DNA of 64,000 nucleotides from Podarcis pityusensis (taxonomy: Eukaryota): the NCBI GenBank assembly GCA_964106645.2, contig OZ067043.1. The stretch is one strand, 5' to 3'. The notes below the pieces were generated by a model, which was not told the origin of the DNA, searched no databases, and saw nothing but the letters and a program-made list of their open reading frames with translations. The position numbers and the translations under genes were made by a program. Shown here piece by piece: positions 1 through 11,494 of this stretch; position 1 is the stretch's first letter, and each line of letters starts with the position of its first letter.

Positions 1-2073
1 AAAGAATCAGCAGCTCAGAGGTTTGGTGTATGGGGCTCATCAATCCATTCTCCAATAAATAATGTAGCTAAGAAGGCACTAAGTACATCCAAGTAACAAT
101 TCCAATCATCAAGACTCCCATGTTCAGGTAACTCTGGGGCTGTATAATATAAGCCTTGCAACAAAGCCAGCTGAAAAGAAAATTCTACAATGCCCTCTCT
201 GCCCACTCTCTAGGATGCTAGCAAACTTTGTACATAAACAAGATTTCTCACACAGCCTACCCATCTCAGTCAGAAAGAAAGGCATGTACAGTCTTCCATG
301 CCCAGCTCTACATACACCAAGTATGTTCCTTTTTAAGCACTTTAAACAGAGGTGCTGCTACATTCACAACTATTCGAGTATTTTTAAATCACTTACAAAA
401 GCAGGATTAAACTATCAGAAATTCCATTTAATAGGACAAATAAAGAAATAACAATAAACTCCATCAGACCCAGGAAGGCAGGTTTGATTTTAAAAAAAGG
501 ATCAGAAAAAAGGAAGAGAGGGATAAAAAAAAAAAGGATAATGTGTGTTTACTCAAGCAAAGAAAAAAATATTTAAGTGATGTAGGAGAGAAGATTGCAG
601 TAACTAGTGAAGAATAACATCGTCTGCTTTGCTGTCAAATCACACAAAAATTTCAGTAATAGATTCTCATTCTGACACTCAATTCAATTCGAAGGTGATC
701 CTGCTTTATCCCAACACATCAAATATTAAACACTCGTATTAGCCAGGGTGCTGTCGCCTTCCCCGGCTTAGAGACACGGCGTAGGAGGGGGAGGGAAAAA
801 AAGGGGGGGACCCTTCTTCCCTTCACTCACTATAATATTCTCAATGTTATCTAAACATGCCTTCATACACTAGGCTCCTTATCAATTCTATTTGGGGGAG
901 GGAGGGGTACTTAAAATGGTATTAGTTGTGGGGAGCTGTATTATTCTGATTTCCAAAAGCTTTTCAATTTTGTGTGGAAAAAGCTTAAGAGGAAGCTGGG
1001 AAGGGAGGGGAAAAGGGGGGTGGGGAAAAGAGCTGGAGCAGGAGAGCGAGAGAAAGTCTAAGAAAGGGAAAAAGCAGCCAGCAGCTCTCGTTTGACGGAT
1101 GCCTTTCAACAAGGGCAGTCTAGCTTGTCAAAGCCCAGGCTGGAGATGAATTGGCATATCTATTCAGCCTGCCTCTGGATGTCATGCAATACAGTTTCAT
1201 ATTCCAAGATAAGGCTTGATAAGCAATTGCTGCCCTGACACCAGCTCCATCCACCCCTTGCCTTCCTGAGCACATGAGTGTGCACCACATCCCTCCGCTC
1301 AGCTGCTAATAAGCGGCACTCTGCTATTTTCAAATGCCTAGGTAAAAAAGTACCTGGAAACATCCCAGAAACTCCCCAAACACACACAGAAACCCACAGC
1401 AAAACACTATTAAAACAGTTAATGTTTAATTACTTTCCTTCCAATGTGCACTTCATGCTAAGCAGGCGTGGGGCACACATGCAAAGCACTCAGAGTGGTA
1501 CAGACACTGAACAGCAGGAATACCTTTGGGTGGAAATGCCTGCTGATTCAAGGGACAGAATTTGAGCAGAATTAGACCTGCCAGATTCAGAGCATGACCC
1601 AGCAGAAGTGGAAGGTTCAGGGGAACAGACAGAGGAGGAGGTGGTGGGCAGAAACAAGAACACAGGCCAGCTAGAATCCCTAAAGCAGCTACTGTAAAGA
1701 GACAAAACGATGGCTGGGTCTTCCTCAGGTGGGGAAAGATACCAGCTGTCAATAGATATCAGAGCCTTTTCTTTTATGGCAAAACTAGACAAGATGGTGG
1801 GAGTTCCATGACTGTACCCTCCCATGCTTTGTTTTGTAAGCCTAAAAAGCATCCATGGGGAGGGGATTGGGGCCACAGCCCTTGAGGGAATGTTAAACTT
1901 CCCTCACACCATTCTAAATTCCCCTGAAGCTGCCATTTGTCCAAGTGGAAACACATAGGAGCCTGTACCAATTCCCCCACAGGGCACATATATCAATTGG
2001 GAGAATTTATATCCAGAAAGCAGCATGGGGGAGAAGGGGTTAATCCACCCTCCCACCTGTACTGTGGTAATTG

Positions 2074-2222
2074 CCGCATTTTCCTGTCTATAAGACGCCC
2101 CCTATTTTGGGGACTCTGATTTAAGAAAAGGGGGGGGAGATGTATCCGTGTATAAGACGCCCCCAAATTTCTGACATTATTTTTTAGGGGGGAAACCTAG
2201 TCTTATACACAGAAAAATATGG
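2074..2222. mobile_element. Tc1/mariner (Tc2-like) MITE
   Basis: Left end ccgcattttcctgtctataagac. Right end gtcttatacacagaaaaatatgg (reverse complement ccatatttttctgtgtataagac) followed by TA. Internal repeat tataagacgcccc. CCGTATTTT-type TIRs are typical of Tc2-like elements. Confidence 0.75.
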
Positions 2223-3180
2223 TAATTGGATTAATTCTGTTGCCGGAAGAGCTCTGATAAAAGAGAGAGACTGTGTCTCCCATCAGAGGATGACTGTTTC
2301 CACCTGCTATGCCACGCCATGCCATGCTGAAATTACCCATTCTTATTGGTAAATATTATGTTCTCTTAATTTTCTTTTGATATCTTTTAAATTAATTGTT
2401 AATTGTTGAATTGTTAAGTGTTAGGATGTAGTGCTATATCTTTAAATATGCATTATGGTTACTGTACTACTGTATTTAGACTGTCTATTTTCAGTGAACC
2501 ACTTTCAGCAGAAACATCTGCAAAAACATGGTATATAAATAAACTGATGGTGATTATTGGGGGAGGGGTGAAATCACTTGGTTGCTCTGATTGGGGGGGG
2601 AGGCCTCAACATGAACAGGTGACTTTCCAAAGATGCATGAATGGAACCACATATATAGCCACTAAAGAGCATGGGGCTGCACGATGGCAATGCACCATTC
2701 AGAATTTAGAGATTTTTTTAAATATTAAGCAGTATATTAATGCTTTAAAATAAATTAATAGATACAAACATGCCTCTCTCCTTCTACCTTCTAGGCTCAA
2801 AGAGCCAAGAGAAAGACAAAAACTTCCCACAGCCAGCTTCCACAGCACAAGTCTATGTAACCTGTGCTCTGCAGTTGTATGTGGGACTGTCATTGTTCCT
2901 CTTCCAATCATATAACCTGCAGTTTTACAGCTGGAAGGCAGAGATCTCAGAGTGTTACCTCCACAGCATAACCCTGCTTAAAAAAGAGGGACACTGGAGT
3001 GAGGTGGGACAAAAGGTGTAGAAAGAGATGGAGAACCACCCCATGCACCCTGAATTTACATGTCTTCCTGCATTGGTGGATCCAGCATTCTCTGTCACAG
3101 GGCATACCTGTCCCAGAGTACTGGGGTAAAAAAAAAAAGTCTCTAAAACATATTGACCCAACATGTTAGACTAATACAGC

Positions 3181-3396
3181 CAGGGGCGTATGAAGTGGGG
3201 GGTGGAGGAGGCGGTCCGCACAGGGTGCCACTCTGGGGGGGGGGGGGACAAGATGGCCCCTGCTTCCACCCAGCTGTAGAGCGGCCAAGGGCACGCACAG
3301 TCAGTATGGGCACTGCTTGCGCGGCGTCCATATGGGATGCTGCGCGTGCCCCTCGGCATCCCGCCCCAAGTGCCAGAGAGGGTTCCTCCGCCACTG
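3181..3396. mobile_element. hAT (Tip100-like) non-autonomous MITE
   Basis: TIRs caggggcgta and tccgccactg. Perfect 8-bp TSD aatacagc at 3173-3180 and 3397-3404. GC- and CpG-rich interior suggests a young insertion. Confidence 0.85.
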
Positions 3397-4339
3397 AATA
3401 CAGCCACACCAGAAAGAAATGGAATCATCAACAGCATCTATTTCATATGAAAGGCTGGGGAAAGGTATTATATAGAAAACGACAACTCACCATAGGTTGA
3501 CTTGGTCACCCCTCAATATCCCCCTGTAGCATTTCTAGTATCAAGTACTTAAAAATTATGAGTCATCCCTTCAACCCACTAACCATGCATAAAGAGGCTA
3601 ATGGATTAATTAAGATTCTAAAATGCTTTAAAAGTCTTTATCTCTCTCCTGAGTTCTGGAGGCATGTTTTAAAACTTTTCTACATAGTGGGAGGTAGGGG
3701 ATTGACTCCAGGGCTAAGACTTACCCATTTTTGAAAAAGAACAACAATATGTTGTTTGGGATTTAACCAAAATAATGTTCAGCATTGTCTTTTATCTGTT
3801 TTAAAAATAAAAATAAAAAGTGCCTACCTGGAAAATGCCAATTTTAATGTATATGTCATTAATTCAATTACCATATGTGCTATTAAAGTAAACAATTGCA
3901 GTATCTCAGAACAGCATATACTTTTAACAGCCTACAATTAAAGTGCTACATTAAAATATTAAGAACCCTGTCGGCCTGAGGGTGTAAATAGGCTCCATGG
4001 AATATTCTAAAAGTGCATTAGCCTGAGTTACAGATTCTATTCACAACATGGGCTGCTTAAAAAGGGACACCCTGTCAAGTAATTTAGGCACTACCATGAC
4101 GATACATCGGATCAAAACACACTCCAAAGAGAATTCTCTCTAGGTCTATGGGTTCTCAACAGTTCATTGGATTTGAATCATTCCTTATTACGAGTTAGCC
4201 GACAATCTGGACTAATGCACTGAGTCTAAGAACTGGTTCAGGGCACTACAAAATATGTGAGTCTGGTTAGCGATCTAGAACACTGGTTACATTGCAATTT
4301 AATTGTTATTTGCAGAATCTAGCTTTCTACAACAAAATA

Positions 4340-4566
4340 CAGTGGTACCTCGGGGTTACAGACGCTTCAGGTTACAGACTCCACTAACCCAGAAATAGTA
4401 CCTCGGGTTAAGAACTTTGCTTCAGGATGAGAACAGAAATTGTGTGGCGGCGGCGCAGCGGCAGCGGAAGGCCCCATTAGCTAAAGTGGTACCTCAGGTT
4501 AAGAACAGTTTGAGGTTAAGAACAGACCTCGAGAACGAATTAAGTTCTTAACCCAAGGTACCACTG
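4340..4566. mobile_element. Tigger/pogo-like MITE
   Basis: TA|cagtggtacctcgggg ... cccaaggtaccactg|TA. TA TSD on both sides. Internal repeats ggttaagaac. Confidence 0.9.
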
Positions 4567-5498
4567 TATTGTGCTTTTGTATACATCAGAACAACACCTG
4601 CTTTCTTCTTCATCATCATAATCATTGTAAACACAAATTTAAAATCATTTATAACTGCAGAGAAACATGTTATAACACATCACCACTTTTTGTTAAGAGT
4701 TCTTAAAGCACAACAGAATCTGGGCACACTTGCCTGTCCCTCCCTATTAATCCATGTGGCTACATGCATTTTCCTCTATTTTCTTTTATATCCTCCCCCT
4801 CCCCTGCACAAGATCTCTAGTTGCCAAATAATTTCAAATTATGGAAAAAAGCTGTAATCTGAAAAAGAAAAATTGGTGTCAGTTTTCTTGGCCTGGGTAG
4901 GATACCTTCTGGCCAATGTGCTTCTGTGGGTATATGTTTGGAGACATACATGTCAAATTCTCTCTTCACATCATCATCTTCTTTAACCCACCACTGAATA
5001 GATGGCAAGTGTGCACTTTCAGAGTGTACATTAGCTAAAAAACTGGAACTTTAGGGAGGAAGGTTCAGTATAGCCCAAATACTGATGCGCTAGGTTACTA
5101 CATGCAGGGAGGTTTTTACATGGGAAAGCATTAAAAAATGTTCCCCTATCTGTAGCCTGGTGGCATTCCAGACTCTACTACCTCATTCTGTGTAAAGTGT
5201 AGAATTGTTTTAAACTGAGCATGTACTCTGCCACAGGACCGAATGCCACTGAAATACCACCAGTAGTGCAGGGTCAACAATTCAACACCAAAGTTTTCAC
5301 TATGATTTAGCAAGGCATATGAATATCAGTAGACGTATCACCTAAAACAGCATCTCATTCTGGCTGCAATTCACCTTGTTTCAAAAGAAGAATCCAATGC
5401 TTGTGTTGTTAAGACTGCAATATTATGTTCTAGCCTTTGATTTTGGTACTTCAGCATCCATGCCTCAGCTACTGTTGTGCACCCAAGGGATGGTCAGG

Positions 5499-5633
5499 AG
5501 GCACATAAGGCCACCAACGTAGTGAAGCTAAGCAAACCTTGTCTACATAGCTGACCATTTGGACACCATGTTAGTTTCCTTGAGTTTCTTGATGAAAAAT
5601 AGGCAGGTTATAATTGTGAGAAAAAATAAAATA
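5499..5633 (+). mobile_element. 5S rRNA-derived SINE, degenerate copy 1
   Basis: gcacataaggccaccaacgtagtgaagctaagc resembles the 5S head (GGCCATACCACC..GAAGCTAAGC). A-rich tail. Aligns by eye with 8505-8648. Confidence 0.55.
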
Positions 5634-5840
5634 CCCTGGCTAGCCCTAAGTACAGCAAGTTGTACCTCATTTACATATGCACACATATTTAATATTCAAT
5701 ATGTTTGTGTTATAAAGTTTAATAGTTAGTGGAAAAATCCAGGAACCTGGAATCTGTAGTATGTCCAGGGTTATAAATTAAACGTGATTCCTAACATTGA
5801 GTGCAAATTATAATTAACAGGGAGGTGAGGGGGCACAATG

Positions 5841-5846
5841 GCACAT

Positions 5847-5888
<42 letters not shown>
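5841..5888. repeat. Alternating purine-pyrimidine tract (GC)n(AC)n
   Basis: gcacatgcgtgcgcgcgcgc followed by (ac)n. Confidence 0.95.
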
Positions 5889-5890
<2 letters not shown>

Positions 5891-6061
5891 CATAATATAG
5901 ACTAAGAAAGATTATTTGATACTAGTGGGTGCTGCTTGATATAAAAATGCATGAAAGAAACAAAGGACAGAGACCTGAGAAACCAAGCCCATGCTGTCAA
6001 CAGTCACTAAACAAGAATACTTCCATGCCAATTGCTTTCATTCCACTGTTGCTGCAGTCAT

Positions 6062-6150
6062 AGTCTGTAAAATAGAATAAACTCAAGTTCATGAAAGCTT
6101 ACACCACAATCCATTAGTCTTAAAGGTGCCACAAGCCTCTTAAGCCTCTT
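6062..6150 (+). mobile_element. Penelope-like element terminal remnant
   Basis: gaaagctta...ttagtcttaaaggtgccacaag, matching my recollection of the sauropsid Penelope end. Second copy at 6510-6577. Confidence 0.6.
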
Positions 6151-6365
6151 TTGCATGTAATTAGTCAAACTATGGCTTAAATGTCGCCACATTACTTTGG
6201 GTTAACACTATGTCCAAGACCGGGTTCATGGTATGTCTTGCTCCAAACAAACAATGAGCTGTAACCAAGGTTTGTTCCTGGCTTACGGTACGCAGTTCAT
6301 TTGGAATGGGACAAACCACAACCTGGGGTTCAGGGGCAATGCTAAGCCAAACCATGGCTTAGCTC
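6151..6365. mobile_element. Palindromic non-autonomous DNA element (AACCATGGTT family)
   Basis: Imperfect self-complementarity over about 6219-6326. Motifs aactatggctta and aaccatggctta are shared with 43503, 47093 and 59911. Confidence 0.55.
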
Positions 6366-6509
6366 TTAGGAGCAGCAGAGGAGTGAGGCAGGTACAATTT
6401 TCTCACTGTGGAGCAGCAGCACTGTAATTCCCTTACGTTTTCCAGGCCTGCCTCTGGTTTTGTTTCTCAAGAAGGAAACTGGTCAGCCGGAGATTGATCT
6501 CTTTCATTA

Positions 6510-6577
6510 CATGCATGAAGGGAAGTCTGGTCCCCAAAATCTGTTACTCCTTAAAGGTGCCACAAGATTCTTTGTCC
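6510..6577 (+). mobile_element. Penelope-like element terminal remnant
   Basis: aaatctgttactccttaaaggtgccacaagattctttg, homologous to 6100-6150. Confidence 0.55.
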
Positions 6578-8504
6578 CCTTCACAATTTAAACCTGATAC
6601 TTCCCTTCCTTCAGCATGCACACACATTTTCACTTAATCTGTGGTAAGACAAGGGTCACCATTTAAAACACTGAGCTCTCAAGCCAAGTTCTATTTTATA
6701 CCACACACGCAGAGGCAAATACGTACACACACACACTTTCTAATTTCCATGCAAAAGGGAAGCAGGTGCCCACATTCCCGTAAGCACTCCCATCTCTCAT
6801 TTCCCCCCCTGCCTCCGCCACCCTCCTTGGATCCTGCCCCATTAGTTTAGTGCCCAGCCATCTGCGACGTCTCCTGTAATGCTCTCCCCCCTGTGTATCA
6901 GGGAGCTTTTCCATTAGCGCCTTTAATATTCTGACACCTTAGCACAGGCTGCTATTACATTCAAACACGGATCGCCCTGTGAAATTACATTGCCAGGCTT
7001 GCTAAAATGGAATTGGGTATAATCAGGCTGCTCCATGCGCTGTCAGTCCCATCACAAATACAACGCAAAGCAGGCTTATGGATGGGCTTAGCAGCTGCTA
7101 CAAGTGTATTTTTTTAATAGATGAAGTATCCCTTATTTAAAAGCATTTCCTTAAGAAGAAGGGGGAACGCACACATACACACGGTGGAAAGACAAATCAA
7201 AAGCTGCGTCACTGTGTTACCAATACCTCAGGTCTCTTAAAAAACTGTTATTTACTACGGGGCTATCTGTTTATCTATAACTATATCACATACACAGCGA
7301 GGAGGAGGGAGAGATAAAGGTAGTTAAACAGACAGCCAGTGAGATATGTGCCACCAGGAATTAATAGCTAAATAAAAAGCCCCATTATTTACTCCAAGGA
7401 GGAGGGAGTCTGGGGCGATCTCACAGGTGTCTTGCTCAGATGCTAACATACAATGTGGTGTTTCTTTACAAGAATCTGGTTTGTAAAGACCAGTGCATAC
7501 TGCCTGCTAATAGTACTACTGCACATTTGCATGTGTCATCAGGGCACACATAAGTAGATTTACCAAAAACATCCCAGAATTGTTTATTCATGAAAAAGCA
7601 TTCCATGTAGTTCAGGAAGAAGCTTAGAGAAGGATAGCACTGTATCTTTGGGGTTATGGGAAGAATAAAGGATATTCAGGTTGTGGGTGGCTAGGCAGAA
7701 TATCAGCCTTAAGTACTGGATACAAGAGCCCAAGGTAGAGAATAACTTCCTGCAAATTCAACAGGTAAACTTCCACCATCGTAAAAACAATTAACCGGGG
7801 AATCACTAGTGCCTCAAGCAATTTGGTGATCATTTGTCCATGACTGCTAGTTAAATGTTAGAATTCATAGAATAACAGTTCTCTCGTTGTCAAGGACATT
7901 AAAATTAAACTAAAGCTATGGAAGACCAATGAGACTCAGCACAAATAGATCATAGTGAATCCAGACAAGAGCCCATCGCCTAAGGCAGGGACACAGCCAA
8001 TTGATGGCCACAGACATGATGTTGTCAGGCTCCTCCAACCCATTTCCATACTGGTTCTTGACTGCTCTACTAGGCCTGGAGTGCGAAAGACGGAAATCCA
8101 AAGGGAAAAGTGGCTTGGTTGCTTCTTCCATCATATGTGATCACTACTCCAAGAGCCCTATTAATAGCAAGGCTCACAGGAAAGGGAAGAATAGAGGCAC
8201 CTCTGCCTGTATGGAAGCTAGAATAGGAATCAAAGTTTCTTTGCTCTTGGATCATCTCTCCACTGTACACTAAATCTAGCAATTCTGTTATAGAAGTGGG
8301 AAAGGCTGGTTCTCCAAACAACTTTGTTGTGAAGGGTTCAGCCCCCAGAAGTTAGCCACCCCAGTTTCAGATTCTAAGGTTGAAGGTATTCCTGGGACCA
8401 TCTTTTCTAACTGGTATGCCTAAGATACTACAGTTACAGAACACTAAGTCCCACTGTATACATTGCTCTCTCTCCACACAAGTAAAGGTATTACCGTACT
8501 TGAA

Positions 8505-8648
8505 GGCACATGGGGCCACCACCTTGATGAAGCTAAGTCAGTCTGTGTCTTGCACCTGGACAGAAGATCACCTGGGAACCACATGTATCCTTTTTTGGGT
8601 TCCATGATGGAAGAAAGGTGGGATATAAATTTAAGAAAATAAGTAAAT
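8505..8648 (+). mobile_element. 5S rRNA-derived SINE, degenerate copy 2
   Basis: ggccaccaccttgatgaagctaag...cctggacagaagatcacctgggaacc resembles 5S GAAGCTAAG...CTTGGATGGGAGACCGCCTGGGAATACC. Tail gaaaggtgggatataaat resembles Squam3/L2 tails. Confidence 0.6.
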
Positions 8649-8692
8649 GCATCAACAATCAGGTCAAAAAAATATTTCTTTCTTATCCACAA

Positions 8693-8829
8693 TAGGAATA
8701 GGAAATTTGTGCCTCCCTCATAGGCTACTATACTACAACTCTTACCATTCCTGAATTGGCTTTGCTAGATAGAGATGACAGGAGTTTGAATCAAACTACA
8801 TCTGGAGGGTCTTAAGTTCCCCATCCCTG
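8693..8829. mobile_element. hAT-Charlie-like palindromic MITE (about 130 bp, actacaactccc family)
   Basis: actacaactc core, acatctggaggg...ccccatccctg right end. Homologous to five other copies in the window. Confidence 0.65.
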
Positions 8830-9475
8830 GTCTACAAGCATGTGATTTACATATTGGGAAGTAAAAATGTAAGACTGCCATTTATACATTATATAGCATA
8901 TGCTCTGTTAGAAAAAGATAACATCTGAGGCTACCTAAGTCTCTGTTTGAACACACCAAGGGACATCAGCTGCATTACTCCCATTGCACACTGTTACCTT
9001 CAGGGCATTTTTCATACTGATCAGCCTCACCCAACCCACAAATATCCATTAGATTATTAATTAGATGTAGCTCCCATGCTAAAGAGTCAGGAACTGAAAT
9101 CCCAAATTTAAAACGAACAAATAAATCCTCAAATGGCTCTTCAGGAAACCCTGAAAAATGAGAAGGCAGTGCAACAGGATTGAGCATCAAACAAAAAATG
9201 GTGGAAAGACTGTGATTATTAGTAACAGAGACAAAACATGCTGAGAGGCAGCACAATTGCTATGCCAGGAAGTCATGCCTCACCAATCTATTACAGTGCA
9301 TTGAGGATGGCAACAAATAGGTGATCCAGATAATAATGTGGCGCTTTCAAAAAGCTTTTGTCACATTTTTCCACCCAAGAAAAGGATGTTAGGTAATCGT
9401 GGATTAGAAACAAATTACTTTTCCTGTATCAGCCACAGGTTAACAACTAGGAAGGGAAGAAACATATGGTGAGCT

Positions 9476-9710
9476 TTATTTATGATTTATTGATTGCTTT
9501 TGTATCTCACCTTTTTCTCCAAGGAGCTCAAGGTGGCACACATGGTTCTCCTCCTCCTCATGTAAACCCCACAACAACCCCATGAAGTAGGTTAGGCTGA
9601 TAAGCAATGAATGGCCTAAAATCACCCAGCGAGCATCATGGCTGAGTGGGGATTCAAACCCTGATCTCCCAGATCCTAGTTCAGCACTCTAACGACTACA
9701 CAACAATGGT
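9476..9710 (-). mobile_element. Squam3-type tRNA-derived SINE (older copy)
   Basis: Reverse complement gives tgtgtagtcgttagagtg...gggtttgaatccccactcagccatga...gggtga...cagcctaacctac...ggttgttgtgggg and an A-rich tail. Homologous to 46785-47030. Confidence 0.8.
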
Positions 9711-9711
9711 T

Positions 9712-9837
9712 CCGTGGCCCCACTGTGGTACCCTCCAGATGTTTTTGTACTATCACTCCCATAACCCATGACCATTAGCCATGCTGGAACTGATATGAGC
9801 TAACATCATTGGGAGAGTACCACACTGCTGATCCCTG
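9712..9837. mobile_element. hAT-Charlie-like palindromic MITE (actacaactccc family)
   Basis: ctgtggtaccctccagatgttttt gtactatcactccc...gtaccacac...gatccctg. Confidence 0.65.
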
Positions 9838-10688
9838 CAGTGGAGTTCCCCCAGTGAACTACTGGGACTACTTTCAACAGAAAAACACCACATTGGCTAA
9901 TATTTGAGGCCAATGCAAAATTATTCAGAGAGAGGGCAAAATCAATGATTAACAGTTTACAGTAGAATCATGAAAAACTGGGTAATAGGTTTTGGTGTGT
10001 GTTTTATAGACTGGTCACAAACAATTGTCACAACAAGCCATTAGCACAAATATGACAATTAATACGTGGTCACTTTGGGCGTGAGGCTTGTGCTCTTTTG
10101 GGGTCAGGAGTCCATTGCATCCTGCTGTCTGCACCAACAAAACAGAATGAAATAGACATCTAGGTACCAGGAGGACCCATTGAAGTAGCCTTGCAAGATA
10201 TCAAGAGATTGGTCCTGAGAGCTTGGGTTGTTTTTCTCTGCAGGCCAGAGACTAAATCAGACATATGGTCTGTCAAAATTAGCTGGAAATTCTGGAATAT
10301 TCATTAAGAGCCTTTCAGAGCTAGCAGCAACATATTCATGAAAGAAGGAAAGGGCAGAAAATAGAGGGAGGGGAAACAGGGGCAAAGAACCAAGTTCAAT
10401 ATGGATAATCAGAGCAGTGTTTCATGTCATTTCCTATCTAGTTTCCAGAGCACCTGAACTGATGTCACATGAAACAGATAGAAACTGAAGTAGCCTGAAG
10501 AACACATGCAACCTGTGCCGGTGACATTTACACTGGGCTACCTTGCTATGTGCTTTTCTGCAATTGTTGATTCAAGCCAAAATTTGGATACGTGTCCACG
10601 AGCAGTACTACATGAGGAAGCTAGAGATTGAATCAGAGCTGGAGCAGAAGATGAGCAAGGAAGCTGAACACTCAATGGGGAGCAGTTG

Positions 10689-10689
<1 letters not shown>

Positions 10690-10736
<47 letters not shown>

Positions 10737-11494
10737 TTTATTTATACCCCGCCCTCCCCAGCCAAGGCCGGGCTCAAAGCGGCTTACAAGCAATAATATA
10801 AAAACAAGATGAATGATTACAACTTAAAAACAAGATTAAAATACAACATTAAAGCATTAAAATGCAGTCTCATTTCAGTGGAAACTCAATCAAAAACTCT
10901 TTTAGAGATGAAAACGTCAAGTCTTCACCAAGGCTAACTATCCAGACTGGTCCTACATGGGCCAGAAAAAAGCCAGGGAAGTCCCCAAATAGGAGTTCCA
11001 ACACAGAAGGAGAAAGGAAAAAAGAAAGAGGGGGAAGGAATCAAATTGATTCCAAGCCAAAGGCCAGGTGGAACAACTCTGTCTTACAGGCCTGCGGAAA
11101 GAAATCAGATCCTGCAGGGCCCTAGTCTCATGAGACAGAGCGTTCCACCAGGCCGGAGCCAGTGTTGAAAAGGCCCTGGCTCTGGTTGAGGCTAATCTGA
11201 CTTCCTTAGGGCCCAGGACCTCTAGGGTGTTGCTATTTAGGGACCTCTGTGGTCCATAAGGTCCTCTGTGGGGCATATTAGGAGAGGCGGTCCTATAGGT
11301 ACGATGGTCCTAGGCCGTGAAGGGCTTTAAAGGTCAAAACCAGCACCTTAAATCTGATCCTGTACTCCACCGGGAGCCAGTGCAGCTGGAAAAGCACTGG
11401 GTGAATATGCTCCCATGGCAGAGACCCCATGAGGAGCCTCGCTGCAGCATTCTGCACCCGCTGGAGTTTCTGGGACAGCTTCAAGGGCAGCCCC
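10690..11494 (-). mobile_element. L2 LINE, 5'-truncated 3' end
   Basis: ORF 11293-11559 encodes GLPLKLSQKLQRVQNAAARLL...PVLFQLHWLPVEYRIRFKVLVLTFKALHGLGPSYL, the L2 ORF2 C-terminus, followed by RAFSTLAPAWWNAL. 3' end gtaagccgctttgag...ggcggggtataaat with a (TTA)n tail. Possible short TSD ttga at 10686-10689 and 11495-11498. Confidence 0.95.

Larger units (their letters stand above)
9195..9990 (+). mobile_element. Old CR1 LINE reverse-transcriptase fragment interrupted by a SINE and a MITE
   Basis: Degenerate motifs: aagtcatgcctcaccaatcta (KSCLTNL), tttcaaaaagctttt (FQKAF), then after 9838 gtggagttccccag (GVPQ) and a decayed FADDTKLF region (aaattattcag). Confidence 0.65.

Noticed and set aside
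15-206. Minus-strand ORF with an acceptor-like ttttcttttcag
   Set aside because: Peptide not recognised, and no donor before the stop codon
3143-3500. Overlapping GC-rich ORFs
   Set aside because: They lie within the hAT MITE. Open frames reflect high GC content.
7500-7560. Minus-strand CTGATGA followed by a cacat-gcaa-atgtg stem (hammerhead-like)
   Set aside because: No GAAA after stem II and no stem III or cleavage triplet
7916-8110. Strong minus-strand splice acceptor (tctttcgcactccag)
   Set aside because: No convincing donor, and no recognisable peptide in any frame
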